A stretch of DNA of 64,000 nt from a virus. This document shows, in pieces, positions 39,790-50,820 of the stretch; positions within the stretch are counted from its first letter, which is position 1; each line of letters starts with the position of its first letter. Location of the stretch: IMG/VR virus record IMGVR_UViG_3300030114_000522; one strand, 5' to 3'. A program made the translations under genes and the position numbers. The notes below the pieces were generated by a model. The model saw nothing but the letters and a program-made list of their open reading frames with translations. It had not been told where the DNA came from and did no database searches.

Positions 39790-39995
39790 ATTTATTATTT
39801 ATATAATTATAGCATAAAATTAATATAATGCAAATATAATATTAAAGTAATGCTATCTTAATATTATATTAAGGTTTATTTAATACTATAATAACGTTAA
39901 AATAATATGAACTAAATATTAGGATAATATAATACAAATATTATTAAAACATTTCATTGACATTCATTAAATATAATGATATATTAATAGTAATT
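39790..39995. promoter_or_regulatory. Candidate tubC centromere with divergent promoters
   Basis: AT-rich with AATATAAT repeats (39822, 39833, 39926, 39970); TTGACA-N17-TATATT at 39957-39985; minus TTGCAT-N16-TATAAT at 39833-39806. Confidence 0.55.
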
Positions 39996-40012
39996 TGCAA
40001 GGAGGGATATAT

Positions 40013-40318
40013 GTGAACTTAACTAAAAATGATTATTATATAATGGATACACTATATGATAAAGGATGTTTTTCTAAAATGTGTTCATTTACTTTACAAA
40101 AGTTAGCTGATTCAACAAGCTTATCTATATATAAAATAAGAGATTCTATGAGAATGTTTATAAATCTTGATTTAGTTTGCGAGGGTGCTAGGGATGTAAG
40201 AGCAAAGACTTATTTTTTATCAGATAAGGGAATAGCCTTAGTGAAAGAAAATAAAGTAGTACCTAAAGAACTTAAAGACAGATTCAGTAAAATGCAAAAT
40301 GAAAAGGGGGATAATTAG
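40013..40318 (+). CDS. tubR: TubR centromere-binding wHTH protein (GTG start likely)
   Basis: wHTH pattern, GGAGG RBS, directly upstream of tubZ. Confidence 0.7.
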   Translation: MNLTKNDYYIMDTLYDKGCFSKMCSFTLQKLADSTSLSIYKIRDSMRMFINLDLVCEGARDVRAKTYFLSDKGIALVKENKVVPKELKDRFSKMQNEKGDN

Positions 40319-41406
40319 TGATGCTAAAGGACGATTTTTGTGCAGTAGGTATCGGTCAAGGTGGAAGCAAGCTAGCTTATGGATTTTATAAAAATAAATA
40401 TAGGGGATTTTTTATTAATACTAGTTATGATGATTTATCACAATTAAAAATAGATAATCACGATTTTATATATCAGCCACCAGCTTCCAAAGGTTGTGCA
40501 AAGCAAAGAAAAGTGGCACAACAGTATGCAAAAGATTATTATGAAGTAATGATTAAAAAGCTATTAGATGCTCATACAACTTGTAAAGTTTATATCGTAC
40601 ACTATACATTGGGAGGAGGAACAGGAGGAGGACTATCTAATATATTTGTAGCTCTATTAAGAAAGAAGTTAATAGAATTAGGAAGAAAAGATATAATTAT
40701 AATAGCAGTTGTAGCAAAACCAAAACACTATGAATCATGGCAACTACAAAATAATTCACAAGAAAGTTTAGATGAATTGTATGCTATGGCTGATAAGGGA
40801 ATTATAAATCAATATTATGTTATAAATAATGATTCTAGAGAAAGTTTAGATGAGATAAACGAAGAACATGTAATTTTATTTGATAGATGGATAGAAGGAG
40901 AGACAGCTAATAATCAAAGCAATGCTGACGAATCTGAAAGAATGGATTTATTTAAATATAAAGGTCATGCGATGATGTTTGAATTTGATGGAAATAGTGA
41001 TGATAAGTTTGAGAAGAATTTAAAGAAAGCTTATGATAATTCAATATATTGCAAACCATTAAAGAATCCTAAAGCTATGGGACTTGCACTTAATGTTGGA
41101 ATTAAAGAAGAAAAGGCTATTCCAATTATAGAAAATATTATAGGAGTATTTCCTAATGACCATGTAACTCCTACACAAGTAAGTAATATGATTATGATAG
41201 CTGGACTCAACGAAAATAAAGCTATAAAAAATAGTATAATAAAAATAGCTAACGCAAAAGCAGAGAAAATTAATCAAGAAGAATCAGTTGAAGAAGAAAT
41301 TGTAAGTATATCAAATATTAAAAATAAGACTGATATAAAGGAAACTGATATAGATAAAGATATGGAAACTATGAGTATAAAAGATATATGGAGTATGTTT
41401 AAATAA
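40318..41406 (+). CDS. tubZ: TubZ tubulin/FtsZ-family partition GTPase
   Basis: GIGQGGS, tubulin signature LGGGTGGG, ADESE T7-like loop. Confidence 0.92.
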   Translation: MMLKDDFCAVGIGQGGSKLAYGFYKNKYRGFFINTSYDDLSQLKIDNHDFIYQPPASKGCAKQRKVAQQYAKDYYEVMIKKLLDAHTTCKVYIVHYTLGGGTGGGLSNIFVALLRKKLIELGRKDIIIIAVVAKPKHYESWQLQNNSQESLDELYAMADKGIINQYYVINNDSRESLDEINEEHVILFDRWIEGETANNQSNADESERMDLFKYKGHAMMFEFDGNSDDKFEKNLKKAYDNSIYCKPLKNPKAMGLALNVGIKEEKAIPIIENIIGVFPNDHVTPTQVSNMIMIAGLNENKAIKNSIIKIANAKAEKINQEESVEEEIVSISNIKNKTDIKETDIDKDMETMSIKDIWSMFK

Positions 41407-41561
41407 TAAAATCTCAAGCACTTGCTTTATTTAATTAAATAGTAGGTGCTATTTTTTATGTTGTTTTTTAGTGGAAAACTATTAAAAACTACCAAAAAGA
41501 AGGCTAAAATGTATAATTTTTATACAAAATAGCCTTAAAATGATTAAAAATTAACTTATTG

Positions 41562-42002
41562 TTATTTGTTTGTAATTGCAGATATATTAATCCAATTAGA
41601 ATCAACTGTTTTATCTATGGTATTAATTAGAGTTTGTACCATGTTAAAATCCTTAACTCTTAATGATTTAGATTTCATTAATGAATATATCACATGAGCA
41701 TCATTTTTAAAATTTTTATTCTTATATTCAAACTTATCTACATGCAATTCTAGATATTTTCTAATTGCTAATATTCTGTCTCTTGTTAATTCTTTATTCT
41801 GAAGTCTATCATGGAATAATTTTTGAGTATAACAGTAGGATATTTCAACTTTAGCAGACCTTATCTTGTGTTTATTAATATCCTCAATAACCATCTCAGC
41901 AGTTATCATAGTTTTAGGAATTAAACTTAATCTCCAAAATCCTAAACGTGTGAATAATTTTATTAATAATGGTAATGCTAATATTACAATGATAGTTTTC
42001 AT
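41562..42002 (-). CDS. Membrane-anchored hypothetical protein
   Basis: N-terminal hydrophobic helix; AAGGA RBS. Confidence 0.65.
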   Translation of the reverse strand: MKTIIVILALPLLIKLFTRLGFWRLSLIPKTMITAEMVIEDINKHKIRSAKVEISYCYTQKLFHDRLQNKELTRDRILAIRKYLELHVDKFEYKNKNFKNDAHVIYSLMKSKSLRVKDFNMVQTLINTIDKTVDSNWINISAITNK

Positions 42003-42294
42003 ATGTAATCCATCCTTTCAATCTCGTAAATTGTTTTTTTGGAATTACATTAATGATTAACTAGAATCAATCAACATAACTATTTTCTCCTTTCTTTGTT
42101 TTGCATATTGCTTAGTCTTGTGTTTTGTATAATGGGTTTTCCTAAGTAATATGTATCAAATGTAGGATTTAATATTGTGTTGAGTATTGGATATAGAGTA
42201 GGGGAATATATTTTCTCCCTACAATCCAATATAATATAAGTATTGGTATACCTACATTTTAAAAGGTCAGTATAATGAGGAGTATGCAGTAATA

Positions 42295-42879
42295 TTAAGA
42301 GAGAAATAAAAAGTAATTAAGGTTATTATAAGTTAAGTCTGTATACACAAGTTCAAAGTGGGACGAGTTGTATCTAATGTCACTAAGGCTAGGACGAGAT
42401 ATTATTACAATAGGAAAGTTTCCATAACATTTATCTTGAAGTTGTCCACTTTTAAATAACTTCTCATATAATTGCATTTTTAGGTTACTTGTATAATGAG
42501 TATAATCAACTTCTAGTAAAGTGAAATAAACATTATTATTATATTTAAATGTTATAAATGCGTCTGGTCTTATTAATCCTGTTAGATAACGTGGTTGCAA
42601 TTTAAAATCTATTATTTCTCCGTTATGTTTCTTTATTTGTTTAAGAAAGTCATATACTAATAAATCATGGTCTCTAAGCTTCTTATCATAGTAATATATT
42701 TTTTCTCTTGTGAGTTGACTTATATAACTTTTCAATAATTCCATATCTTCTAATTGTTTTAATCTTCTTCTACAACCTTCATAATTTTTATTAAAGAATA
42801 GTTCAGTACATTGTGGTACACTAATTGCTTTATAATCTTCTATCCATTTTAAAACTTCTTTGTCTCTTTCTGTGAGCAT
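42295..42879 (-). CDS. Replication-relaxation family protein (wHTH + PD-(D/E)xK-like)
   Basis: MLTERD..RRRLKQL..HDLL..IRPDAF..LLEVD. Confidence 0.8.
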   Translation of the reverse strand: MLTERDKEVLKWIEDYKAISVPQCTELFFNKNYEGCRRRLKQLEDMELLKSYISQLTREKIYYYDKKLRDHDLLVYDFLKQIKKHNGEIIDFKLQPRYLTGLIRPDAFITFKYNNNVYFTLLEVDYTHYTSNLKMQLYEKLFKSGQLQDKCYGNFPIVIISRPSLSDIRYNSSHFELVYTDLTYNNLNYFLFLS

Positions 42880-44183
42880 CTTTTAAATTCCTCCATACTC
42901 ATTACTCCTGTTTTAAATTTAGATTTAATATTGCTTTTTGACTTTGTTTCTTTCTTTATGTCCTTTGAATCAATATCTATAATAGTATGTTCTTCTAAAG
43001 TTAGCATTTGATTAGTCTCATTATTTATATTTATTATTTCTATGGGACTAGGATTACTTGTATCAGAATTATTGGATTCTGTAGTAGGAGAGTTAGGTAT
43101 TTTAATTTCAGGTACATACTTATGAAGTAGTGTAAAATCTTCATCTATGAATGGAACTTTTACAAGTGTAATATCCGAATTACCATCTACAATACATTCT
43201 CTTTCTTTTAACTTACAAGCATCTGTTGTATTAATTATATTTATAGAATCTATAGCTGATTTTTGTCTAAATGTTATTCTTGTCATTTGAGATTTTAAGT
43301 CACTAGGGAGATTCGTTACTGTAGACCTTTGTATAGTAGAAATTAGATGAATACCCACAGAACGACCTGCTTTAGCTATCTTCAATATTAATTCCCAAAT
43401 AATAGGTTCATCTATAAAGAAACTTAATTCTTCTAAGACATATACAATTCTCTTCATACGTCTTGATTTAAAATGATTATTCCATTGAGTTATATTTCTA
43501 ATGCCATTGTCCATAAATAGCTTTGACCTATCATCTAATATTTTACAAACTCTATTTAAACTTATCATTACTTCTTGAATATCATAAGCTACAAATTTAA
43601 TCGGAGTACAACTAGCAAAGCATCCTATGTCACCTTTTACAATTTGAGATAAGTATATTTCTATATCTTTGGGATAATTATATATAAGATTAGTTAGTAT
43701 ACAAGCTAATAAAAACGATTTACCTGTACCAGTAGTTCCTCCAATAAGCAAATGTGGGTCTTTATTTAAATCTATTAAGTAATTCTTTCCTGTGAAGTCT
43801 TTACCAATTGGCAACATATTACTTGGACATTTAACTGGTTCATAAGGGAACTTAGCAATATCTTTATCAACTATTCTCATTTTTATATTTGATTTAAATT
43901 TATACTTATCTAAATCTATAATTCCATTTAAGTTGTCTTCTAGGATATTTAGTTTTGAATTTAAGTGTTCCGTAGATAGTCCTTTAGGTATATTAATATA
44001 AGTTATATATCCGTATGAAGTAGGTTTTATTTTATATATTGTAAATGTTTGTTCTTCTTTATTTTGTATTCCTATACCTTTCATTATTGAATTGAAGTTC
44101 TGTTTTAGTTTTCTCTCAGATATTGTATTTAAATAATTATAGGAATATACAGTTGCAATTGATAAGGCTAATTCTATAATCAT
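42849..44183 (-). CDS. FtsK/SpoIIIE-family ATPase
   Basis: PHLLIGGTTGTGKS, KAGRSVGIHLISTIQRS. Confidence 0.9.
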   Translation of the reverse strand: MIIELALSIATVYSYNYLNTISERKLKQNFNSIMKGIGIQNKEEQTFTIYKIKPTSYGYITYINIPKGLSTEHLNSKLNILEDNLNGIIDLDKYKFKSNIKMRIVDKDIAKFPYEPVKCPSNMLPIGKDFTGKNYLIDLNKDPHLLIGGTTGTGKSFLLACILTNLIYNYPKDIEIYLSQIVKGDIGCFASCTPIKFVAYDIQEVMISLNRVCKILDDRSKLFMDNGIRNITQWNNHFKSRRMKRIVYVLEELSFFIDEPIIWELILKIAKAGRSVGIHLISTIQRSTVTNLPSDLKSQMTRITFRQKSAIDSINIINTTDACKLKERECIVDGNSDITLVKVPFIDEDFTLLHKYVPEIKIPNSPTTESNNSDTSNPSPIEIININNETNQMLTLEEHTIIDIDSKDIKKETKSKSNIKSKFKTGVMSMEEFKRCSQKETKKF

Positions 44184-44368
44184 AGTTTATTACGCTTAGG
44201 TTTGATTACTGATTTATTAGGTAGGGTACAAGATATTATATAGCCAATAGTTGAAATGTAAATTATAGCCCCGTCTATTGGAGTCAAATAGAACATGTTG
44301 CCGATAGTTTTAAATTGATTTAGAAAGTAGTTTATTATTTGAATGTCTAGATTTGAAAGAATATTCAT
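44180..44368 (-). CDS. Small membrane protein coupled to the FtsK gene
   Basis: 62 aa, hydrophobic segment, AGGAG RBS, overlap with the FtsK start. Confidence 0.6.
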   Translation of the reverse strand: MNILSNLDIQIINYFLNQFKTIGNMFYLTPIDGAIIYISTIGYIISCTLPNKSVIKPKRNKL

Positions 44369-44597
44369 TTAGATACTCCTTTTAAATTGATTAATTCATG
44401 GTTAGGTTTGTTTTATGAAGTGTTGTTTTTAATGTTGGGTTAGTTTTATATTATATAGATATGATAGGAGAGTGGGAATTATGATTAGTTTTTTTAATAT
44501 TTTTAATGTTTATTTTATTGGAGTTATTATTTGTTGCTATTTTATATAACGGTAGGGTAGTTATATAGAGTTTTATGTTGAGATTGTAAAATATACC

Positions 44598-44762
44598 CCG
44601 TTACTAAAAACTTATAAGAAGTTATAAATTTTATAATTTCCATGTTTTATTCCTTATTCATAGTGTTCTTTTTCATATTATTGCTAATACTAATCAAGTG
44701 GTCAAAACACTCCAAAGGCTTAAATTCCCCAATAACGATTGGGTACATATCAATAATTGCTT
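44598..44762 (-). ncRNA. Putative omegaRNA of the IS607 tnpB
   Basis: Hairpin-rich 3' region (CCCAAT-CGTT-ATTGGG etc.) ending at the element end. Confidence 0.55.
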
Positions 44763-45947
44763 TTAAGATGCTAATATCATTGATTGACCATATTTCATTA
44801 TATTTATACTTGCGTTATAATCTCTGTCAATTATACAACCACATTCAAGACAAACATATTCTCTATCAGATAATTTTAAATCTTTTTTAATACTTCCACA
44901 TTCTGAACATGTTTTACTTGATGGATACCATCTATCTACATCTATTACCTTTATATTATTCCACAAACTTTTATATACAATTTGTCTTCTGAATTCATAT
45001 AAACATTGTTCTTGAACAGCTTTAGATAAATGTTTGTTCTTCATCATTCCACTAATATTTAAATCTTCAATTGCAATAAACATTGGTTCTCTGTTTATTA
45101 TTTCAGTTGTAGTTTGATGAATATAATTACTTCTTATATTTGTTAATTTATGATTTAGTTTTAAGATTCTTTTTTCTAATTTGATAATATTATTAGTCTT
45201 TTTATAAATCTTTCCAATTCTGTTATCTTCATATTTTCTACTTACTTTACGTTGTAATCTTTTCTTAGTTTTCTTTAATTTCTTAACTCTTTTGGTTTTA
45301 TTAATGTTTTTATAAGTATTCCCATCAGAACAAATAGCTAAATCTTTAATACCAACATCAATACCTATTCCTTTATTAGTAGGTAATTCATAATTATCTC
45401 TAATTTCTATTCCAATACTAATAAACCAATTAATACCATCAAAACTTACTCTAGGATTTATATACTTTATATCTTGTCCAAAAGGAATTCTATTCTTTTC
45501 AGCTAATTTAACCCAATTTAATTTTCTTTTATTTTGTTTCTTACTATCTGTTAGTCCTTCAAATTTAACATGTGTGCCATTAAACTTAATCTTAATATTA
45601 TCTTGATAGAACTTTGGTTTATCATGTTTTCTACTTTTAAATTTAGGATATTTAGCTTGACCTTTAAAAAATCTCTTAAAAGATAAACAACAATCTTTAA
45701 TTGCTTGTTTTGTTACATTATTACTAATATTATTTAACCAATTATATTCTTCTATTTTCTTTAATTGTGTAAATTCTTTTCTTAAATCATTATCAGATAT
45801 AAATTTACCATAGTTTTTATAATTTTCTTGTTCTCTAGCCAATGCCCAATTGTAAGCAAATCTTTTAGCACCTGCAAATTGAAACATTTTAGTATTTTGT
45901 TTATTATTGGGTATTAACATTACTTTTATTCCCTTTATCATCTTCAA
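44763..45947 (-). CDS. tnpB: TnpB RNA-guided endonuclease
   Basis: GIDVG, IEDLN, CSEC/CLEC Zn ribbon, DRDYNA. Confidence 0.92.
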   Translation of the reverse strand: MKMIKGIKVMLIPNNKQNTKMFQFAGAKRFAYNWALAREQENYKNYGKFISDNDLRKEFTQLKKIEEYNWLNNISNNVTKQAIKDCCLSFKRFFKGQAKYPKFKSRKHDKPKFYQDNIKIKFNGTHVKFEGLTDSKKQNKRKLNWVKLAEKNRIPFGQDIKYINPRVSFDGINWFISIGIEIRDNYELPTNKGIGIDVGIKDLAICSDGNTYKNINKTKRVKKLKKTKKRLQRKVSRKYEDNRIGKIYKKTNNIIKLEKRILKLNHKLTNIRSNYIHQTTTEIINREPMFIAIEDLNISGMMKNKHLSKAVQEQCLYEFRRQIVYKSLWNNIKVIDVDRWYPSSKTCSECGSIKKDLKLSDREYVCLECGCIIDRDYNASINIMKYGQSMILAS

Positions 45948-46560
45948 TCACCTCCATTTCAATTAATTCACTTATCATTTTTCTAGTTATATTTGCTATT
46001 TTCCCTTGTAGCCTATAACTGAATACAGTAATTATTTGTATTAAATCTTCAACTAATTCTTCTTGTTGTGTTTTTTCTGTACTGTCTAGTATTTCTATTT
46101 CACATCCATTAAGATTAGCCATATATTCAACTAACTCAAATCCAAATCTTAATAACCTATCTTTATATAATATAACAATCTTTTCTACCTCTTTGTTATT
46201 TATTTTCTTTAGTAAATCTCTAATACCTTTTTTCTTATAGTTCATTCCACTTCCTATATCTTGAATTATCTCATAAGGTTTATTTAAAGAATCCAAATAT
46301 TTTTTCATGTTTTCAATTTGTCTTTGTAAATCATCTTTTTGTTTATTAGAGAAAACTCTACAATATCCTATAATTATTTTTTCTTTAACATTATCATCTT
46401 TAATATTTAATACTTGCTTTAGTTGGTCGTGTGAATAATATCTATATCCATTTGCTCCAGTATTACTTGGAATTAATTTACCACTTTTATCCCAGTTCCT
46501 TAAAGTTTGAGGAGTTCTTCCTATTAACTTTGAAAATTCATGTATACTATAATATTTCAT
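45904..46560 (-). CDS. tnpA: IS607 serine-recombinase transposase (catalytic Ser replaced)
   Basis: MerR-like HTH, GYCRVFS (normally RVSS), DIGSG, KDRLLRFG. Confidence 0.88.
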   Translation of the reverse strand: MKYYSIHEFSKLIGRTPQTLRNWDKSGKLIPSNTGANGYRYYSHDQLKQVLNIKDDNVKEKIIIGYCRVFSNKQKDDLQRQIENMKKYLDSLNKPYEIIQDIGSGMNYKKKGIRDLLKKINNKEVEKIVILYKDRLLRFGFELVEYMANLNGCEIEILDSTEKTQQEELVEDLIQIITVFSYRLQGKIANITRKMISELIEMEVIEDDKGNKSNVNTQ

Positions 46561-48867
46561 TTATTTTCACCTCTTAGTATAATTGTAACATACTGAATTA
46601 TAAAGTCAATAGGTAAATTTATAACTTTTTATAACTTTTTATATTAATTTATAATTAATTATATATTAGTAGGTTTACAATATAGATATTGAACTAATAT
46701 ATGATATAATTTAATTGTGAAAAGTATTTTGGTTTTATGTTTATCTCTATATTACTTTTTATGTTTTTAATATTCTACTAATTAGAGATTGTTTTGAGTT
46801 TTTAACTTGAAGTGGTCTCTTTTTTATTTTGTGGATTATTTATGAATTGTGTATTTAGTGTTTGAAATTTTATATTTTAATTTTATGAATTATTAGTTAA
46901 CGATAGGTGTTTGTCGTGAGTGGTTTTGAAATGGTATATATTTGTAGTGGATTAGAGCGATTTTAAGTAGGGTTTATAAGCGTTTAGGTAGTATATGAGG
47001 TATTGATTTGGAGTGGTGTTAGAGGGTAGGAGAAGTGGATTGTAGTTGATGTGTCGGTTAGAGTGCGGTGTTTAGGTAGTTTGAGTGGGATTTGATTGAG
47101 ATTGAGTGGAAGTTATTTGATTTTAATAAGGGGATAGGTGTTGGTGTTAGTGGGGTTGACGAGTGAGTTGACGATAGGATTTGGGTTTATTTTGTTATTT
47201 ATAGGTCGTTGTAATCTGAAATTGGTTGATGGATAGAACACATAGGTTCATATCTTGAACACAACATCTCCTAATAAATGTAAATACACCGCCCCACTAG
47301 GTATACTATGTTATAAACCACAATCCAACATCAACCAATCAAAGCAGTACTAACAACCCATATTTAACCCAATACCACAATTAACTAACTACAAACTCTA
47401 CAAGCAAGTGATACCAACGCTTACAAGCGAACACAATTAAATATACATTTAACACAATTGAAGTAGTTATCTATTGATAATTATTATTTATATAATAGGA
47501 ATGATTTTGCATATAATATAACAGTATAATAACGCTATAACGTAGTATTAACAACCATTTATGATAGTTTAAAATGTTGATTTTTATCTAGTGTTAGTGA
47601 CTACTTAATACCTATATTGATTACTATATAAGCGTTCTTTTTAAGATGTAGTTGTGACAAATGTTGCGGTTTAAAATCTCGAAAATAAGTTGTGTCTGTT
47701 GAACGAACTCTTATACTTCACTACACTAAAGCGTTAAACTGATAACGTATTAAAACAACACAGCAATAAACTTATAAAGTATCACAGTATCACATTGATA
47801 AATAAATACAGTAGTAAATAACTAACACATTAAACTAACACAGAACTAACGTTATATAGTAATAGCTCATTACACTTATACAACAGTATTATAATATCTA
47901 ACTAACTTATCAACTCAACAATTTCAAACACTAATTATCAAACTCTATAAATAAATATAAACACTATTGTAATTACAATAAACTATATATCATAGTAACA
48001 ATAACTACTTAATACAATACTAATACATCATAACATCAACAAATTAACCACATTAAATAATATCATATACTACATATATATTGTACTAACAAACTAATAC
48101 AATTCAATTTATATAATCCATGATATCACAAATAGGGAACACTTACAATAATCAACTCATCACAAATACACGAACAACAAACATCTAATCATATCAATTC
48201 TAACACAAAAACAAATTCAAGAAATACATATCAATGCACAATTACTCACTATTCTTTTAAAGTTAATTGATAACAGACGACACAATCGATGTGCCTAAAC
48301 CATTTAAATACCACATTATCAACGATTATCAATTAACAAATTATATTAACTGATACTTTAAATGATAATAGCCATACGCTAATTGAGAATACCATCTAAA
48401 AACCTTATTATTTTAATATATTATCTAATCTAATGGAATCATATCAAATACAGTAACAATTCAATATCTAATAACACGAATAATAAAACAAATACAAATC
48501 TAATATACGTATTTAATACAACTACAAATGTACACGCTACAAACACACAAATTTATAAATATATCTGCAATAATCTACTAAAATAGAACAACTAAAATCA
48601 ATTTGTCAAACATATATTGAATACAACTAATCAACTAAAATCAATTACAATCAACTCTACATAACCCATATAAGACACACTAAGCATAGGTCAGTTAATA
48701 TCCACACTTTCCAAACGTCTTAAATGACCTATTAACGTTACTGTAGACGATTTTCATTTAATGAACAGACTAATATTTAACTATATTTGTACACAACATA
48801 AATACATATGTATCTGATATAAAGACATATTGACTATAATTAGCTATATAAATAATACCAATTATAA

Positions 48868-49203
48868 TTAACAAAAAAGAGCTACTATAAACTCAATTAT
48901 AATAACTCTTATATCTTTTAACAATTCACTTCTAGTCATTTTAATTCTTAATAAATAACTTTTGATTTCTTCCTCATCTTCTTTGCTGATATCCTTCTTG
49001 ATTGTTTTTTTAAGTAGTTCATAAGCTTCTAAAGTTTCACTGGATAAACTATACTTATTCCAATTCCTTTCTTTTCTTGATGGAGTAAATCTCCCATATT
49101 TTACTCTTGCACTATTTTTATTTGCATTATACCAATTTTTATTGGCAAAGTTACTTGTTATCATTTCTAAATTTTTTATATTATTTTCAGTAATCATATT
49201 CAA
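48868..49203 (-). CDS. Hypothetical protein
   Basis: 111 aa, GAGGTG RBS. Confidence 0.55.
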   Translation of the reverse strand: MNMITENNIKNLEMITSNFANKNWYNANKNSARVKYGRFTPSRKERNWNKYSLSSETLEAYELLKKTIKKDISKEDEEEIKSYLLRIKMTRSELLKDIRVIIIEFIVALFC

Positions 49204-49261
49204 TACACCTCATTTTATTATTTACAGTTTTTAAAAGGAACTGAAAAACCTTCTAACAATC

Positions 49262-49447
49262 TTATAATCCTAAACTATCACATAGAGTTGAATAGATACT
49301 GTATGAATAAACATTCTTACATTTAGTTGCTACTAATTTTCTGCTATAATTTAATACACTTATCTTATCCATTTTACTCAAGTCTTCATTGATATCTATT
49401 GTAATATAATTATCATTCTTATCCCAAACTTTGATATTTTTAATCAT
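49262..49447 (-). CDS. Hypothetical protein
   Basis: 61 aa, AAGGAAG RBS. Confidence 0.55.
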   Translation of the reverse strand: MIKNIKVWDKNDNYITIDINEDLSKMDKISVLNYSRKLVATKCKNVYSYSIYSTLCDSLGL

Positions 49448-49732
49448 TTTAACGCACTTCCTTTTAATTTATTATTTATATGTAATTTAATCTATAATTG
49501 ATTATCTCATACAATAAAGACAATTACAAGTATTATTTTAACATGTTATTAAGTTTTTTAAAACTAACATAAACAACAAATATAAATCATATAATATACA
49601 AAGGGAACAAATTCTAAACCACTAAAAATAAACTTATAAATATATTAAAATAATACTAAAAATACTTGCAATTATATTATTTATTTGCTATAATTAGGTA
49701 TACCCACAATACATAAACAAATTAATTAAGGA

Positions 49733-50080
49733 GTGATTAAAATGATAGATACAATAATAACCTTAGATTATAAACTTGAAAGAATAGGAAATAGATGTCT
49801 TGATGAAATGGGTTGTGATTATTTATATCAAATAGAAAGCTCAAAACTAATAAACGATATAATGTCTTGTAAACCTTGGTTAAAAAATATAACTATTGCT
49901 GACATTAAAAAATATTTAGAATATTTTCAAAATAGCACAAAAAAGGAAATAATAAGATATTATAAAAAATATAAAGAAACTAATAAGAATGATTGGAAAA
50001 TTAAAGCTGAAAGTAAATATAAAGAATATACAGATAATTTAGGTGGAACAATGACAATTGAAGAAATTATTAATAAGTAA
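49733..50080 (+). CDS. Early-region hypothetical protein
   Basis: TTGCAA-N17-TATAAT promoter, AAGGAG RBS. Confidence 0.7.
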   Translation: MIKMIDTIITLDYKLERIGNRCLDEMGCDYLYQIESSKLINDIMSCKPWLKNITIADIKKYLEYFQNSTKKEIIRYYKKYKETNKNDWKIKAESKYKEYTDNLGGTMTIEEIINK

Positions 50081-50125
50081 GTATTTATCCTTATTAAAAT
50101 AAAATAATGAAAGAGGTAAATTTGT

Positions 50126-50452
50126 ATGAAATATGTTGATAGTAAAATATTTGGAATATGTAATATATTAGCAAAGAAAGATATTAATGAAAATTTTTGT
50201 GAATGTGAAGATAATAAAAATGCAAAATATGAATATTACCTCAATACAGAAACAAATGAATATTTTGCATTAAAGAAAGATGGAATAAAAATAACATTTG
50301 ATGTTTTAGTATCAAAATTTAAATTTACAGGTAAAATTTTAGAATATAAACAAGGTATAGGATATTATATAAACGGTGAATTTATAACAACCGCAAAAGA
50401 ACAAATTGAAGAGTATTATAGTAATTTATTTGAAAGAGATTGCGATATATAA
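50126..50452 (+). CDS. Hypothetical protein
   Basis: 108 aa, GAGG RBS. Confidence 0.7.
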   Translation: MKYVDSKIFGICNILAKKDINENFCECEDNKNAKYEYYLNTETNEYFALKKDGIKITFDVLVSKFKFTGKILEYKQGIGYYINGEFITTAKEQIEEYYSNLFERDCDI

Positions 50453-50635
50453 AAAATACTGTATCAAATAAAAATAGAAAAAAGCTATAGTCTATTTTTA
50501 TATAAATACAAAACATCTATCCACTAAAATATAAACTTCATAACAAATTAAAATAAAACTGTACAAACAATTAATAAAATGATATACTAATACTTGTAGG
50601 AGGAAAACCAACAACCAAGAAAAATGGAGGAGGAA

Positions 50636-50749
50636 ATGAGAAAGAGAATTGAAAGGAATAGACAAAGACAACAAGACAAAAATGACTTAATAAAAACAAT
50701 TATTTCAATAATTTCAATGGTTCTCACACTACTTAAATTATTCTTATAA
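50636..50749 (+). CDS. Type I toxin-like membrane peptide (37 aa)
   Basis: MRKRIERNRQRQQDKNDLIKTIISIISMVLTLLKLFL, GGAGGAGG RBS, convergent antisense promoter. Confidence 0.65.
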   Translation: MRKRIERNRQRQQDKNDLIKTIISIISMVLTLLKLFL

Positions 50750-50820
50750 TTATATATTAAGTCATAACACACAAAAGGGGATACAATAAAAGTATTTCCC
50801 TTTCCTTTAAATTCTCTTTA

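Larger units (their letters stand above)
44598..46670 (-). mobile_element. IS607-family insertion sequence
   Basis: tnpA + tnpB; right end ...TAACGG at ~44598; TTATAA-type short repeats near both ends; left end approximate. Confidence 0.85.

Noticed and set aside
44598-46700. IStron (group I intron-IS607 hybrid)
   Set aside because: Sequence upstream of tnpA is a short AT-rich promoter with no intron core, and no host gene is interrupted.
47237-47250. LexA box GAAC...GTTC
   Set aside because: Spacer is 6 nt, not the 4 nt of the Firmicutes SOS box.
47240-47320. Hairpin-telomere (protelomerase) site
   Set aside because: No long perfect palindrome at the switch and no protelomerase gene in the window.
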